Of a DNA stretch of 37,861 bases, positions 9,994 to 18,978 are shown in pieces. Origin of the DNA: an uncultured virus (IMG/VR IMGVR_UViG_3300024500_000017). Lineage: Duplodnaviria; Heunggongvirae; Uroviricota; Caudoviricetes. The notes under the pieces were generated by a model. It was not told where the DNA came from and ran no database searches. It saw only the letters and a program-made list of their open reading frames with translations. Every line of letters begins with the position of its first letter. The first letter of the stretch is position 1. The position numbers and the translations under genes are program-made. The DNA is taken from IMG/VR virus record IMGVR_UViG_3300024500_000017, one strand, 5' to 3'.

Positions 9994-10382
9994 TAGAAGA
10001 CGATTTTTATGCAACAATAAAATTAAAAACAGGGGAAGAAATATTTGCTAAAGTTGCTGCCTCTGAAGAAGAAGATCGAACAATATTGATTATTTCAAAT
10101 CCCATTGTTTTAAGCGAAGTTACTACTAGAATGGGAGTTGTTGGATATAAAATAGAACCTTGGTTAAAAACAACAAAGGAAGATATGTTTTTAATAAATC
10201 TTGAAGATGTATTAACTCTTTCCGAATCTTCAGATATAAAAATAATAATGATGTATCAAAATTATGTACGACAATCTGATAAAAAAAGTATAAATCAATC
10301 AAAAATCAGTCGTAAAATGGGTTATATCTCTAATGTCAATGATGCTAAAGAGATATTAGAGAAACTCTATAAAAATAGTTAA
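9990..10382 (+). CDS. Conserved phage hypothetical protein (possible Sm-like beta-barrel)
   Basis: IKLKTGEEIFAKV...PW pattern shared with ORF 23460; translationally coupled to uvsW. Confidence 0.75.
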   Translation: MIEDDFYATIKLKTGEEIFAKVAASEEEDRTILIISNPIVLSEVTTRMGVVGYKIEPWLKTTKEDMFLINLEDVLTLSESSDIKIIMMYQNYVRQSDKKSINQSKISRKMGYISNVNDAKEILEKLYKNS

Positions 10383-10411
10383 AGCTTATCTTATCAACCT
10401 CCACAAAGGTA

Positions 10412-10440
10412 ATTGTATCAACTTTTGAATACCTTGTCAA
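10412..10440 (-). promoter_or_regulatory. Divergent antisense sigma70-type promoter
   Basis: On the minus strand: TTGACA (10440-10435), 17 nt spacer, TACAAT (10417-10412). Confidence 0.6.
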
Positions 10441-10462
10441 GCATTTGTATAAGTGGTATAAT
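10434..10462 (+). promoter_or_regulatory. Sigma70-type promoter for gp55
   Basis: TTGTCA (10434-10439), 17 nt spacer, TATAAT (10457-10462). Confidence 0.8.
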
Positions 10463-10487
10463 CTATACATAATAATGATAAAAACTT

Positions 10488-11027
10488 ATGATTACCACAG
10501 CAGTCATGGCCAAAAGAAAAAGGTCAGAGCATTATGTCAATAATAAAGAGTTCCTTGCTGCTATCATCAAATATCGTGAAGATGTTGAAATAACTTTTAT
10601 TAAAAAGTTTGGCAGAGAATTAACGAAAGAAGACCGTGCAAAGACTTGGGATACAAAACCTCCTATTCCCCGCTACATTGGAGAGTGTTTCTTAAAGATT
10701 GCGAATCACCTTTCCTTTAAACCAAACTTCGTGAACTACATGTTCAAGGAAGATATGATTTCTGATGGTATTGAAAATTGTGTTCAGTACATTCACAATT
10801 TCAATCCGGAGAAGTCACAAAATCCTTTCGCATACTTCACTCAAATCATTCACTACGCTTTCCTTCGTCGCATCCAAAGAGAAAAGCGTCAATTGGAAAT
10901 CAAAAATAAAATCCTTGAAAGGTCTGGATTTTCGGAAGTCTTCACAGACGACAACACTATTGACGGCGGGAACTATTCCGATTATAATTCTATCAAGGAC
11001 GGAGTTCACAGCAAACTGCGGTATTGA
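10488..11027 (+). CDS. gp55: Late-transcription sigma factor gp55
   Basis: HYVNNKEFL, YIGECFLKIA, DMISDGIENC, NPFAYFTQI motifs. Start could be the second Met (MAKRKR). Confidence 0.96.
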   Translation: MITTAVMAKRKRSEHYVNNKEFLAAIIKYREDVEITFIKKFGRELTKEDRAKTWDTKPPIPRYIGECFLKIANHLSFKPNFVNYMFKEDMISDGIENCVQYIHNFNPEKSQNPFAYFTQIIHYAFLRRIQREKRQLEIKNKILERSGFSEVFTDDNTIDGGNYSDYNSIKDGVHSKLRY

Positions 11028-12068
11028 ATGAAAGTAGCAATTATTACAGACCAACATTTTGGTGCGAGAAAGAATTCCAAACTCTTTCATGATTATTTTC
11101 TAAATTTCTACGACAATGTATTTTTCCCTACACTCGAAGAGCAAGGGATTACTACTGTTGTAGATATGGGAGATACTTTTGATAGTCGTAAGGGAATTGA
11201 TTTCTCTGCTTTATCTTGGGCAAAAAATAATTACTATGACCGTCTTCAAGAAATGGGTGTAAGGGTCCATACAATTGTAGGAAATCATACGGCTTATTAT
11301 AAGAACACTAATAATGTAAATGCAGTTGATTTACTTTTGCGTGAGTATGATAATGTGACGGTATATTCGGAACCAACTGAAGTTATTCTCGATAATCTCC
11401 GAACACTTTTTATACCCTGGATTAATCAAGAAAATGAGGAAAGTACTCTCAAACTTATTAAAAAGACAACTTGCCCGTGCGCGATGGGGCACCTTGAACT
11501 CCAGGGATTTAGAGTTAATAAGCAAATCGTCATGGAGCACGGTCTGGAGGGCAAACTATTTGATAAGTTCACTAGAGTCTACTCGGGACACTATCACACT
11601 AGATCGAATGATGGAACGGTCTTTTACTTAGGAAATCCCTATGAGATCTACTGGACTGATGTTGGTGATACTCGTGGATTCACTATTTTTGATACTGAAA
11701 CGATAACTCACGAGCATGTAAACAATCCTTATAAGATGTTCCATAACATTTATTATGAGGACACTAACTATCAAACATTTGATACTCGTGAGTACGAAAA
11801 CAAGATCGTAAAGGTTGTTGTTCGTAAAAAGTCTGACACTAAAAAGTTTGAAAAGTTTATTGATAAACTTTATTCTTCCAACATTGCAGAACTCAAAATC
11901 ATTGAGAATTTTGACATTCAAGAACATGAAGAGTTTGAAGCATTTGAAAGCGAAGACACTATTTCTATCCTGAATAGATATATTGAGGAGGCAGAAATTA
12001 GTCTTGATAAATCAGTCATTCAAAAAATGATGCAAGAAATTTATCAAGAGGCATGTGAATTAGTTTAA
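11028..12068 (+). CDS. gp47: Recombination nuclease subunit gp47 (Mre11/SbcD-like)
   Basis: Metallophosphoesterase motifs DQHFG, GDTFD, GNH, GHYH. Confidence 0.96.
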   Translation: MKVAIITDQHFGARKNSKLFHDYFLNFYDNVFFPTLEEQGITTVVDMGDTFDSRKGIDFSALSWAKNNYYDRLQEMGVRVHTIVGNHTAYYKNTNNVNAVDLLLREYDNVTVYSEPTEVILDNLRTLFIPWINQENEESTLKLIKKTTCPCAMGHLELQGFRVNKQIVMEHGLEGKLFDKFTRVYSGHYHTRSNDGTVFYLGNPYEIYWTDVGDTRGFTIFDTETITHEHVNNPYKMFHNIYYEDTNYQTFDTREYENKIVKVVVRKKSDTKKFEKFIDKLYSSNIAELKIIENFDIQEHEEFEAFESEDTISILNRYIEEAEISLDKSVIQKMMQEIYQEACELV

Positions 12069-12341
12069 ATGTTTATTCTAACAATCAATGGCAGAGAAAC
12101 TGAAGGAGCATATTCCGTAATTGATGATGAGGGAGAACATATTTTGTATCTTTTTCAGGAAGAGGATGATGCTGTTCGGTATGCTATGATGTTAGAAGAA
12201 GAAGGATATCCAGAAATGCATGTAATTGAAATTGAAGATGAAGTAATGATAAAAACTTGTGAACTGCATGGGTATCAATATGCAGTGATTACTCCAAATG
12301 ACATTGTAATTCCTCCAAACACTGATCATGATTTTATTTAA
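12069..12341 (+). CDS. DUF3110-like protein
   Basis: LFQEEDDAVRYAMMLE...C...GY....IVIPP pattern recalls the cyanobacterial DUF3110 family (from memory, not searched). Confidence 0.7.
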   Translation: MFILTINGRETEGAYSVIDDEGEHILYLFQEEDDAVRYAMMLEEEGYPEMHVIEIEDEVMIKTCELHGYQYAVITPNDIVIPPNTDHDFI

Positions 12342-14040
12342 AACTATTCGTTGGAAAAACTTTTTAAGCACTGGCAATCAGTACACTGAAGTTGATTTTA
12401 CAAAAAATAAAACTAATCTCATTGTCGGTACAAATGGAGCAGGAAAAAGTACTGTTCTGGATGCACTTACATTTGCTTTGTTTGGAAAACCATTTCGTAA
12501 GATTAATAAACCTCAACTTATTAACTCTGTAAATGAAAAGGACTGTAGAGTTGAAGTAGAGTTTTCGATTGGAAATGCTGATTGGAAAGTTGTAAGGGGA
12601 ATTAAACCTGCACTTTTTGAGATTTGGAGAAATGATACTTCTTTGGATCAATCTGCCGCTGCTTTAGATCAGCAGAAGTGGTTGGAGCAAAATGTTCTTA
12701 AAATGAACTACAAGTCCTTCACTCAGATTGTAATTCTGGGTTCTAGTACTTTTGTTCCTTTTATGCAACTCTCTGCTGCACATCGTAGAGAAGTCATTGA
12801 GGATTTGCTTGATATCAAGATTTTTTCTTCAATGAATATGGTTATCAAAGAAAAGATTCGTCAAACAAAAGAAGAAATCAAAGTTTATGAACTGAAGAAA
12901 GAATCTCTTCTTGATAAAGTCAAAATGCAACAGGAGTTCATTGAAGAACTTGAGAATCGCGGAAAAGAAAGTATTGATAATAGTAATCGGAAAATTTCCG
13001 ATTTGGATAAAGAAATCCAACAATATATGAATGAGAATAGTACTTTAGAAGAACCTCTTTATGAGTATATTCGAGAGCAAGATAAGTTGGTTGGATATGC
13101 AGAAAAACTACGCAAACTTGGAAACTTAAAGGGTAAGATTTCTCAAAAAGTATCTACCATTACTAAAGAGCATAAGTTCTTTACAGAGAATACGGTATGC
13201 CCCACCTGCACACAGTCTATCGAAGAGATCTTCAGAATAAATAGAATTAACGACGCTCAAAATAAAGCAAAAGAGTTGCAATCTGGTTATAAAGAACTAG
13301 AGGAGGCAATTAAAGAGGAAGAAGAGCGAGAGCGTCAATTCAATACTCTGTCGAAGGAGATTTCAAAATTAACGAATGGCATTTCTCAAAACAATATTAA
13401 GATTAACGGATTACAAAGACAAATCCGAAATCTTGAAAAAGAAATTCAAGTTCTTACCGAGAACCTTGCAAACCGAAATTCTGAACATGAGAAGTTAGAA
13501 TCCTTCAAAGACAACTTAAAAATTACATACGACGAACTCGCTTCTAAAAAAGACACAATCAACTATTACGATTTTTCGTATAGTTTGCTCAAAGACGGTG
13601 GAGTAAAATCCAAAATTATTAAGAAGTATTTGCCACTCATCAATCAGCAGGTCAATCGTTATCTGCAAATGATGGACTTCTATATTAACTTTACTCTTGA
13701 TGAGGAGTTTAACGAAACCGTCCAGTCACCCATTCACGAAGATTTCTCCTATGCTTCTTTTAGTGAAGGAGAAAAACAAAGAATCGACCTAGCACTTCTT
13801 TTTACTTGGAGAGAAGTTGCAAGAATGAAGAACTCGGTGAATACTAATCTAATGATTCTTGATGAAATTTTTGATAGTTCTTTGGATTCCACTGGAACCG
13901 AAGAGTTTCTTAAAATCATTCGTTATGTAATTAAAGACGCAAACATTTTTGTTATCTCTCATAAGACAGGTCTTGAGGACAGATTTGAAAGTGTCATAAA
14001 GTTTGAAAAAGTAAAAGGTTTTTCGCATATGGTGGTCTGA
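12328..14040 (+). CDS. gp46: Recombination ATPase subunit gp46 (Rad50/SbcC-like)
   Basis: Walker A GTNGAGKS, zinc hook CPTC, signature FSEGEKQRIDLA, Walker B LILDE, long coiled coil. Confidence 0.97.
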   Translation: MILFKTIRWKNFLSTGNQYTEVDFTKNKTNLIVGTNGAGKSTVLDALTFALFGKPFRKINKPQLINSVNEKDCRVEVEFSIGNADWKVVRGIKPALFEIWRNDTSLDQSAAALDQQKWLEQNVLKMNYKSFTQIVILGSSTFVPFMQLSAAHRREVIEDLLDIKIFSSMNMVIKEKIRQTKEEIKVYELKKESLLDKVKMQQEFIEELENRGKESIDNSNRKISDLDKEIQQYMNENSTLEEPLYEYIREQDKLVGYAEKLRKLGNLKGKISQKVSTITKEHKFFTENTVCPTCTQSIEEIFRINRINDAQNKAKELQSGYKELEEAIKEEEERERQFNTLSKEISKLTNGISQNNIKINGLQRQIRNLEKEIQVLTENLANRNSEHEKLESFKDNLKITYDELASKKDTINYYDFSYSLLKDGGVKSKIIKKYLPLINQQVNRYLQMMDFYINFTLDEEFNETVQSPIHEDFSYASFSEGEKQRIDLALLFTWREVARMKNSVNTNLMILDEIFDSSLDSTGTEEFLKIIRYVIKDANIFVISHKTGLEDRFESVIKFEKVKGFSHMVV

Positions 14041-14054
14041 TCCACTTAATAACA

Positions 14055-14276
14055 ATGCAAGTCCCAAACTGGAAACACCATTCAAAGAAAGAACAGAAAC
14101 GAAAACTTAAACCGCAAGCACTGAGGCAAGCAAAAGCACGACTCGCCCAGTTCAAAAAGCGTCACATGGGTCGCCCAAAAGGCGACCTTTCGTTTTATGA
14201 TGGTCTCATACGAAACAAACCTCATGGCAGTCTCTCACGAAATCAAATCTCAACTTGCCAAACTTCTTGCTACTGA
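14055..14276 (+). CDS. Small basic hypothetical protein
   Basis: MQVPNWKHHSKKEQKRKLKPQALRQAKARL resembles small ORFs seen after gp46 in cyanophages; the 3' half overlaps a promoter motif and the next gene. Confidence 0.6.
   Translation: MQVPNWKHHSKKEQKRKLKPQALRQAKARLAQFKKRHMGRPKGDLSFYDGLIRNKPHGSLSRNQISTCQTSCY
14147..14219 (+). promoter_or_regulatory. Composite promoter motif, copy 1
   Basis: CCAGTT-N4-AAGCGTCAC, 7-bp inverted repeat GGTCGCC/GGCGACC (14169-14187), TATGAT (14196-14201), GAAACAAA (14212-14219). Confidence 0.65.
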
Positions 14277-16410
14277 AGACCTTGTGGTGGAACACAAGAA
14301 GGTTCCTACTGCTTGTTTCAATGTTCATACTCGTGTTCTGACTCTGCCTTTGTGGGAAAAGGCAAGTAACCTTGTATATGACCTTCTGGTTGGTCATGAG
14401 GTGGGTCACGCACTCTTTACTCCTGATGAGGATTGGAGCGAAACTGCAAAAGTTCCTCAGCAGTTTGTGAATGTGGTTGAGGATGCTCGCATTGAAAAAC
14501 TGATGAAGCGTAAGTATGCTGGTCTTGCTAAGACTTTCTTTAATGGATATAAGGAACTGAACGAAGAAGATTTCTTTCAACTCAAAGAAGAAGATATTTC
14601 TACTTTTAATCTTGCTGACCGCGCTAACCTTTATTTTAAAGTTGGCAACTTTTTGACTCTTGATTTTACTCCAGAGGAAAAAGAAATCATTAATATCATT
14701 GATGCTTGTGAAAGTTTTGCAGATACACTGATTGCTGCTGAAGAACTTTATAATTATTGTAAAAAAGAAAAGGAACAACAGCAGAAGGTTGCTGACTTTG
14801 ATTCTCACGAAACTCAAGGAAATTCACAGTCTCCTGCAAGTGATTTTGTGGAGACTAATGACTCCTCTTCTGAGCAAGAAGGTGAGAGTGATAACTCCTC
14901 TGAAAAAGAGTCTTCAGAGTCCTATGGTGGCACTGCTCAAGGTGATGAAACTCCCGTAAAATCTTCTGGGGAAAAAGAAGAACCTGAAGTTCGCACTGCA
15001 GAGTCTTTGGAAGATAAGATTCGTGACCTTGTGGGTAACGATGGATATGAAAATGTTTATATTGAGGTTCCTCAAGTAAATCTTGATACTGTTATTGGTA
15101 AGAACTCTGAAGTTCATAAAGATATTGATGATTCTTTTGCTCATCAACAAAAAATCCATAATGAACATGCGGAAAGACAAAGTTATACTCCTACAAATCT
15201 CTATAAAGAATCTGATCTTGACTTTAAAAAGTTTAAATCTTCTGCTCAAAAAGAAGTCAACTACTTGGTAAAAGAATTTGAATGTCGTAAGGCTGCAGAT
15301 CAGTATGCTCGTGCATCAACTGCTCGCACTGGTGTTCTCGATACATCTCGTCTTCATACTTACAAGTACAATGAAGACTTGTTCAAGAAAGTATCTGTGA
15401 TTCCTGATGGCAAGAATCATGGTCTTGTATTTGTTTTGGACTGGAGTGGTTCTATGTGTGATGTGATGCTTGATACATGTAAGCAACTCTTCAATCTTGT
15501 TTGGTTCTGTAAGAAAGTATCCATTCCTTTTGAGGTTTATGCTTTTACTAGTGAGTGGCGTCGTGGTGAGTATGATTATGAAAATGATCGTTATCTTGCT
15601 GCAGACCGCACTCCACATTACCAAAAGAAAGATGGTCTTCTGGTTGTAGATGAAACTTTCTCCATGATGAATATTCTCACTAGTAAAGTTTCTGGTAGTG
15701 TTCTTGAGCATCAAATGTTGAATATTTGGCGTCTTGCTTATTGTTTTGGTAGGACTTATAGTTCTCCCTATACTTATCCAAATCGTCTTTCTCTCTCAGG
15801 AACTCCTTTGAATGAATCTCTGATTACTCTTCATCAGATTCTTCCTAAGTTCCAAAAGGAAAACAAACTTCAAAAAGTTCAATGTATTGTTCTTACTGAT
15901 GGTGAAGCAAATCAACTTGTCCACCACAAAGAAGTTAAACGCCAGTGGGAAAAGAAACCATTTCTTGGAACTGGGTATATTAATCCACATACGACATTCC
16001 TTCGTGATCGTAAACTTGGAACTACCTATAAGATTGGATATGGTTATCATGAATTTACTGATGTTCTTCTTAGGAACCTGAAAGATAAGTTTACTTCCAT
16101 GAACTTTATTGGTATTCGTGTTCTTGAAAGTCGCAACTTCAGTCGCTTTGTTCAAATGTATCATTCTCAACTTGAAAAAGAATATGAGAAAATTCAAAAT
16201 GATTGGAAGAAACTGAAGAGTTTCACAATTACAAAGTCTGGATATGATGCGTACTTTGGAATGTCTGCAACTGCACTTTCTCAAGAAACTGAGTTTGAAG
16301 TTTCCGAAGATGCAACTAAATCCCAAATTAAATCTGCGTTCGTTAAGTCCCTTAAGACTAAAAAACTAAATAAAAAAGTTCTTGGTGAGTTCATTTCTTT
16401 AGTTGCATGA
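14224..16410 (+). CDS. CobT-like protein: N-terminal HExxH metallopeptidase-like domain, acidic linker, C-terminal vWA domain
   Basis: HEVGH and NVVEDARIE motifs; MIDAS DWSGS, SGTPL, LTDGE; adjacent to a CobS-like AAA. ATG 14224 preferred because ATG 14197 overlaps the -10 box. Confidence 0.85.
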   Translation: MAVSHEIKSQLAKLLATEDLVVEHKKVPTACFNVHTRVLTLPLWEKASNLVYDLLVGHEVGHALFTPDEDWSETAKVPQQFVNVVEDARIEKLMKRKYAGLAKTFFNGYKELNEEDFFQLKEEDISTFNLADRANLYFKVGNFLTLDFTPEEKEIINIIDACESFADTLIAAEELYNYCKKEKEQQQKVADFDSHETQGNSQSPASDFVETNDSSSEQEGESDNSSEKESSESYGGTAQGDETPVKSSGEKEEPEVRTAESLEDKIRDLVGNDGYENVYIEVPQVNLDTVIGKNSEVHKDIDDSFAHQQKIHNEHAERQSYTPTNLYKESDLDFKKFKSSAQKEVNYLVKEFECRKAADQYARASTARTGVLDTSRLHTYKYNEDLFKKVSVIPDGKNHGLVFVLDWSGSMCDVMLDTCKQLFNLVWFCKKVSIPFEVYAFTSEWRRGEYDYENDRYLAADRTPHYQKKDGLLVVDETFSMMNILTSKVSGSVLEHQMLNIWRLAYCFGRTYSSPYTYPNRLSLSGTPLNESLITLHQILPKFQKENKLQKVQCIVLTDGEANQLVHHKEVKRQWEKKPFLGTGYINPHTTFLRDRKLGTTYKIGYGYHEFTDVLLRNLKDKFTSMNFIGIRVLESRNFSRFVQMYHSQLEKEYEKIQNDWKKLKSFTITKSGYDAYFGMSATALSQETEFEVSEDATKSQIKSAFVKSLKTKKLNKKVLGEFISLVA

Positions 16411-16592
16411 AACAAAAATTTCCATTCGAACATGTGGTAGAATACAATACAAAAGAAGTATGGATTAAATGTAATAGCAGTACAACTGCTATGGGCATTG
16501 ACTCTTTAGTAAATAAGTACTATCCAGGATATACAGGTCATATTGCAAGTGAAGAGTACCTAAGAGAACTCAAGAACCAGTTGGCAAACTGA
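16407..16592 (+). CDS. Hypothetical protein, 61 aa
   Basis: ATGA-coupled to the upstream gene and fills the gap; no recognised motif. Confidence 0.65.
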   Translation: MKQKFPFEHVVEYNTKEVWIKCNSSTTAMGIDSLVNKYYPGYTGHIASEEYLRELKNQLAN

Positions 16593-16648
16593 CCACCGAG
16601 GTCCCAGGAGGACCTCTTTTTGCTCTATAATGACTAGGTTGAAACAAA
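16577..16648 (+). promoter_or_regulatory. Composite promoter motif, copy 2
   Basis: CCAGTT-GGCA-AACTGACCAC, 7-bp inverted repeat GAGGTCC/GGACCTC (16598-16616), TATAAT (16626-16631), GAAACAAA (16641-16648). Confidence 0.7.
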
Positions 16649-16656
16649 GCAAACTA

Positions 16657-17748
16657 ATGGCACTCTCCTCCGACTACATCCGCACTTCTCTACAGAACCT
16701 GTATGGAAACACCATCACTGGTGCTGATATCCGTGCCTGGTGTAATCTGAACGATGCTAACTATCAAACTGTTACTAAAAAACTTGATCAATTTAAAGTT
16801 GGTCGTGGTAAATGGAATCTTGAAGTGACGCAACAAAAAGTACAAGAAATCGAACGCACTTTCCAAGCACCTGCAGTGGTTCCCCCTATCGAACAAAACC
16901 TCATTCCCGATAAAGATGATACCTTCGTCAAGTTTGGTAACTTTGGTGATATTAAAAAAGTTATTCAGTCCAATATCTTTTATCCTGTGTTCGTCACTGG
17001 TCTGTCTGGTAATGGTAAAACTTTCAGCGTTGAGCAAGCATGTGCTCAACTGAAGCGTGAATTGATTCGTGTCAACATTACCATCGAGACTGATGAAGAT
17101 GACCTGATTGGTGGTTTCCGTCTTGTCAATGGTGAGACTGTATGGCACAATGGTCCTGTAGTGGAAGCACTTGAGCGTGGTGCAGTGCTGCTGCTGGATG
17201 AGATTGACCTTGCTTCTAATAAGATCCTGTGCCTGCAATCCATTCTGGAAGGTAAAGGTGTGTTCCTCAAAAAGATCGGTCGCTTCGTGAAACCTGCCTC
17301 TGGTTTCAATGTGATCGCCACCGCCAACACCAAGGGTAAGGGTTCTGATGATGGTCGCTTCATCGGCACCAATGTTCTCAACGAAGCATTCCTTGAGCGT
17401 TTCCCTGTGACCTTTGAGCAGTCCTATCCCGCCCCTGCAACTGAGCAGAAGATTCTGGAAGGTATTGCTTTGGATCTGGGTATTGAAGATCGTAATTTCT
17501 GTAAGCGCCTGGTCGATTGGGCAGACATCATCCGTAAGACTTTCTACGATGGTGGTATTGAGGAGATCATCAGCACCCGCCGTCTGGTTCACATCATCCG
17601 TGCTTACAGCATTTTCCAAGATAAAGCAAAGGCAATCCAAGTGTGCGTTAACCGCTTTGATGATGAAACCAAGCAAGCATTCCTTGAACTTTATGACAAG
17701 GTTGATGCTGACTTTCAACTTCCTGTTGACGAACAGCAGTCAAACTGA
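16657..17748 (+). CDS. cobS: CobS-like MoxR-family AAA+ ATPase
   Basis: Walker A GLSGNGKT, Walker B LLLDEID, TANTKG, NEAFLERF, ISTRRL. ATG 16657 preferred because ATG 16630 overlaps the -10 box. Confidence 0.92.
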   Translation: MALSSDYIRTSLQNLYGNTITGADIRAWCNLNDANYQTVTKKLDQFKVGRGKWNLEVTQQKVQEIERTFQAPAVVPPIEQNLIPDKDDTFVKFGNFGDIKKVIQSNIFYPVFVTGLSGNGKTFSVEQACAQLKRELIRVNITIETDEDDLIGGFRLVNGETVWHNGPVVEALERGAVLLLDEIDLASNKILCLQSILEGKGVFLKKIGRFVKPASGFNVIATANTKGKGSDDGRFIGTNVLNEAFLERFPVTFEQSYPAPATEQKILEGIALDLGIEDRNFCKRLVDWADIIRKTFYDGGIEEIISTRRLVHIIRAYSIFQDKAKAIQVCVNRFDDETKQAFLELYDKVDADFQLPVDEQQSN

Positions 17749-17754
17749 TAGGAT
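17726..17754 (+). promoter_or_regulatory. Sigma70-type promoter
   Basis: TTGACG (17726-17731), 17 nt spacer, TAGGAT (17749-17754). Confidence 0.6.
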
Positions 17755-17757
17755 ATA

Positions 17758-17783
17758 AGGAGGTCAATGTGCCTCCTCTTTTT
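17758..17783 (+). terminator. Probable terminator after cobS
   Basis: AGGAGGT-N6-GCCTCCT followed by CTTTTT. Confidence 0.65.
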
Positions 17784-17803
17784 GTCCTTTACTATGAAAT
17801 ACA

Positions 17804-18310
17804 ATGTCCGAAAACTTTGAGAGCACTTACGAAAGTTCAATCCCTAATCAAGATTTCTGGGAAGAAGATGGTATTAGTCTAACTGGAAATCCGTGTCCTT
17901 CTCCCGATATGTTTGTCCTTAGTTCCCGACTTTCTGGTGGACTTGGTGATGATCATCTATCTCTGAATCTACCTTCTACTTTTAATTTGAAAATGCCTGA
18001 AGATACAAACAAAAATGGTTTCTGGAAATATGAAGAAGATAAAACTCTGAAAGCAGTAGAAGAGTATATTGCAAGTACTTATCATTCTCACTACACTTCA
18101 GAACAATCTAAAACTCAAACTCTCGATTTGATTGAGAGTATTGGAGATGGTGAACCATTCACTCGTTCCAACGCTATCAAGTATCTCTCGCGGTTTGGTA
18201 AGAAGAATGGTAAGTCCAAAATGGACATTTTGAAGGCAATTCATTATTGCGTTCTTCTTTATCATTTCGCTGGACTTCATAAAAACACCACTAACACTTA
18301 CAACTATTGA
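17804..18310 (+). CDS. DUF3310/SaV-like conserved phage protein
   Basis: C-terminal HY...DLIE...F.RSNAIKYLSRFGKKNG...DILKAIHY pattern; the N-terminal ~60 aa look unstructured and the start is uncertain. Confidence 0.7.
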   Translation: MSENFESTYESSIPNQDFWEEDGISLTGNPCPSPDMFVLSSRLSGGLGDDHLSLNLPSTFNLKMPEDTNKNGFWKYEEDKTLKAVEEYIASTYHSHYTSEQSKTQTLDLIESIGDGEPFTRSNAIKYLSRFGKKNGKSKMDILKAIHYCVLLYHFAGLHKNTTNTYNY

Positions 18311-18312
18311 TT

Positions 18313-18978
18313 ATGAAACTCTCTGACAAAACTTTGACTCTGCTCAAGAACTTTTCTTCTATTAATCAGTCCATTCTGTTTAAAGAAGGAAGCAATCTTC
18401 GCACAATTTCTGTGATGAAAAATATTCTCGCAGAGGCAACAATTGAAGAAGAACTGCCTAAGGATTTTGGTATCTATGATCTAAACCAATTTCTGAATGG
18501 ACTCAACCTCCATCAAAATGCTGAACTTGATTTTCAGAATGACGGTTATGTAGTCATTAAAGAAGGTCGTTCTCGTTCCAAATATTTTTTTGCAGATCCT
18601 AATGTAATTGTTACTCCTCCAGACAAATCTATCTCTCTACCCTCAGAAGATGTTTGTTTCATTCTTGATACCAAAGAACTTGATAAACTGCTTAAAGCTG
18701 CTGCTGTGTATCAACTTCCTGACCTGTCTGTGGTTGGTGAAGCAGGTGTTGTAAAATTGGTTGTTCGCGATAAAAAGAACGATACTTCCAATGATTTCTC
18801 TGTGGTGGTCGGTGAAACAGATGAGGTATTCACTTTTAATTTCAAAGTAGAAAACATCAAGATTATCCCTGGTTCTTATGAGGTGGTGATTTCTTCTAAA
18901 CTTTTGTCACGGTTCAAGAATACTGGGTTTGATGTGACTTATTATATTGCTATGGAACCCGATTCTACCTTTGGTTGA
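18313..18978 (+). CDS. gp45: Sliding clamp gp45
   Basis: MKLSDKTLTLLKNFSSINQSI, FGIYDLNQFL, YYIAMEPDS motifs. Confidence 0.96.
   Translation: MKLSDKTLTLLKNFSSINQSILFKEGSNLRTISVMKNILAEATIEEELPKDFGIYDLNQFLNGLNLHQNAELDFQNDGYVVIKEGRSRSKYFFADPNVIVTPPDKSISLPSEDVCFILDTKELDKLLKAAAVYQLPDLSVVGEAGVVKLVVRDKKNDTSNDFSVVVGETDEVFTFNFKVENIKIIPGSYEVVISSKLLSRFKNTGFDVTYYIAMEPDSTFG

Noticed and set aside
14206..16326. Several 110-200 aa minus-strand ORFs
   Set aside because: Shadows of the vWA/peptidase gene with no independent support.
16690..17718. 342-aa minus-strand ORF opposite cobS
   Set aside because: Antisense shadow of a well-supported gene in codon register; explained by codon bias, with no recognisable motifs or expression signals.
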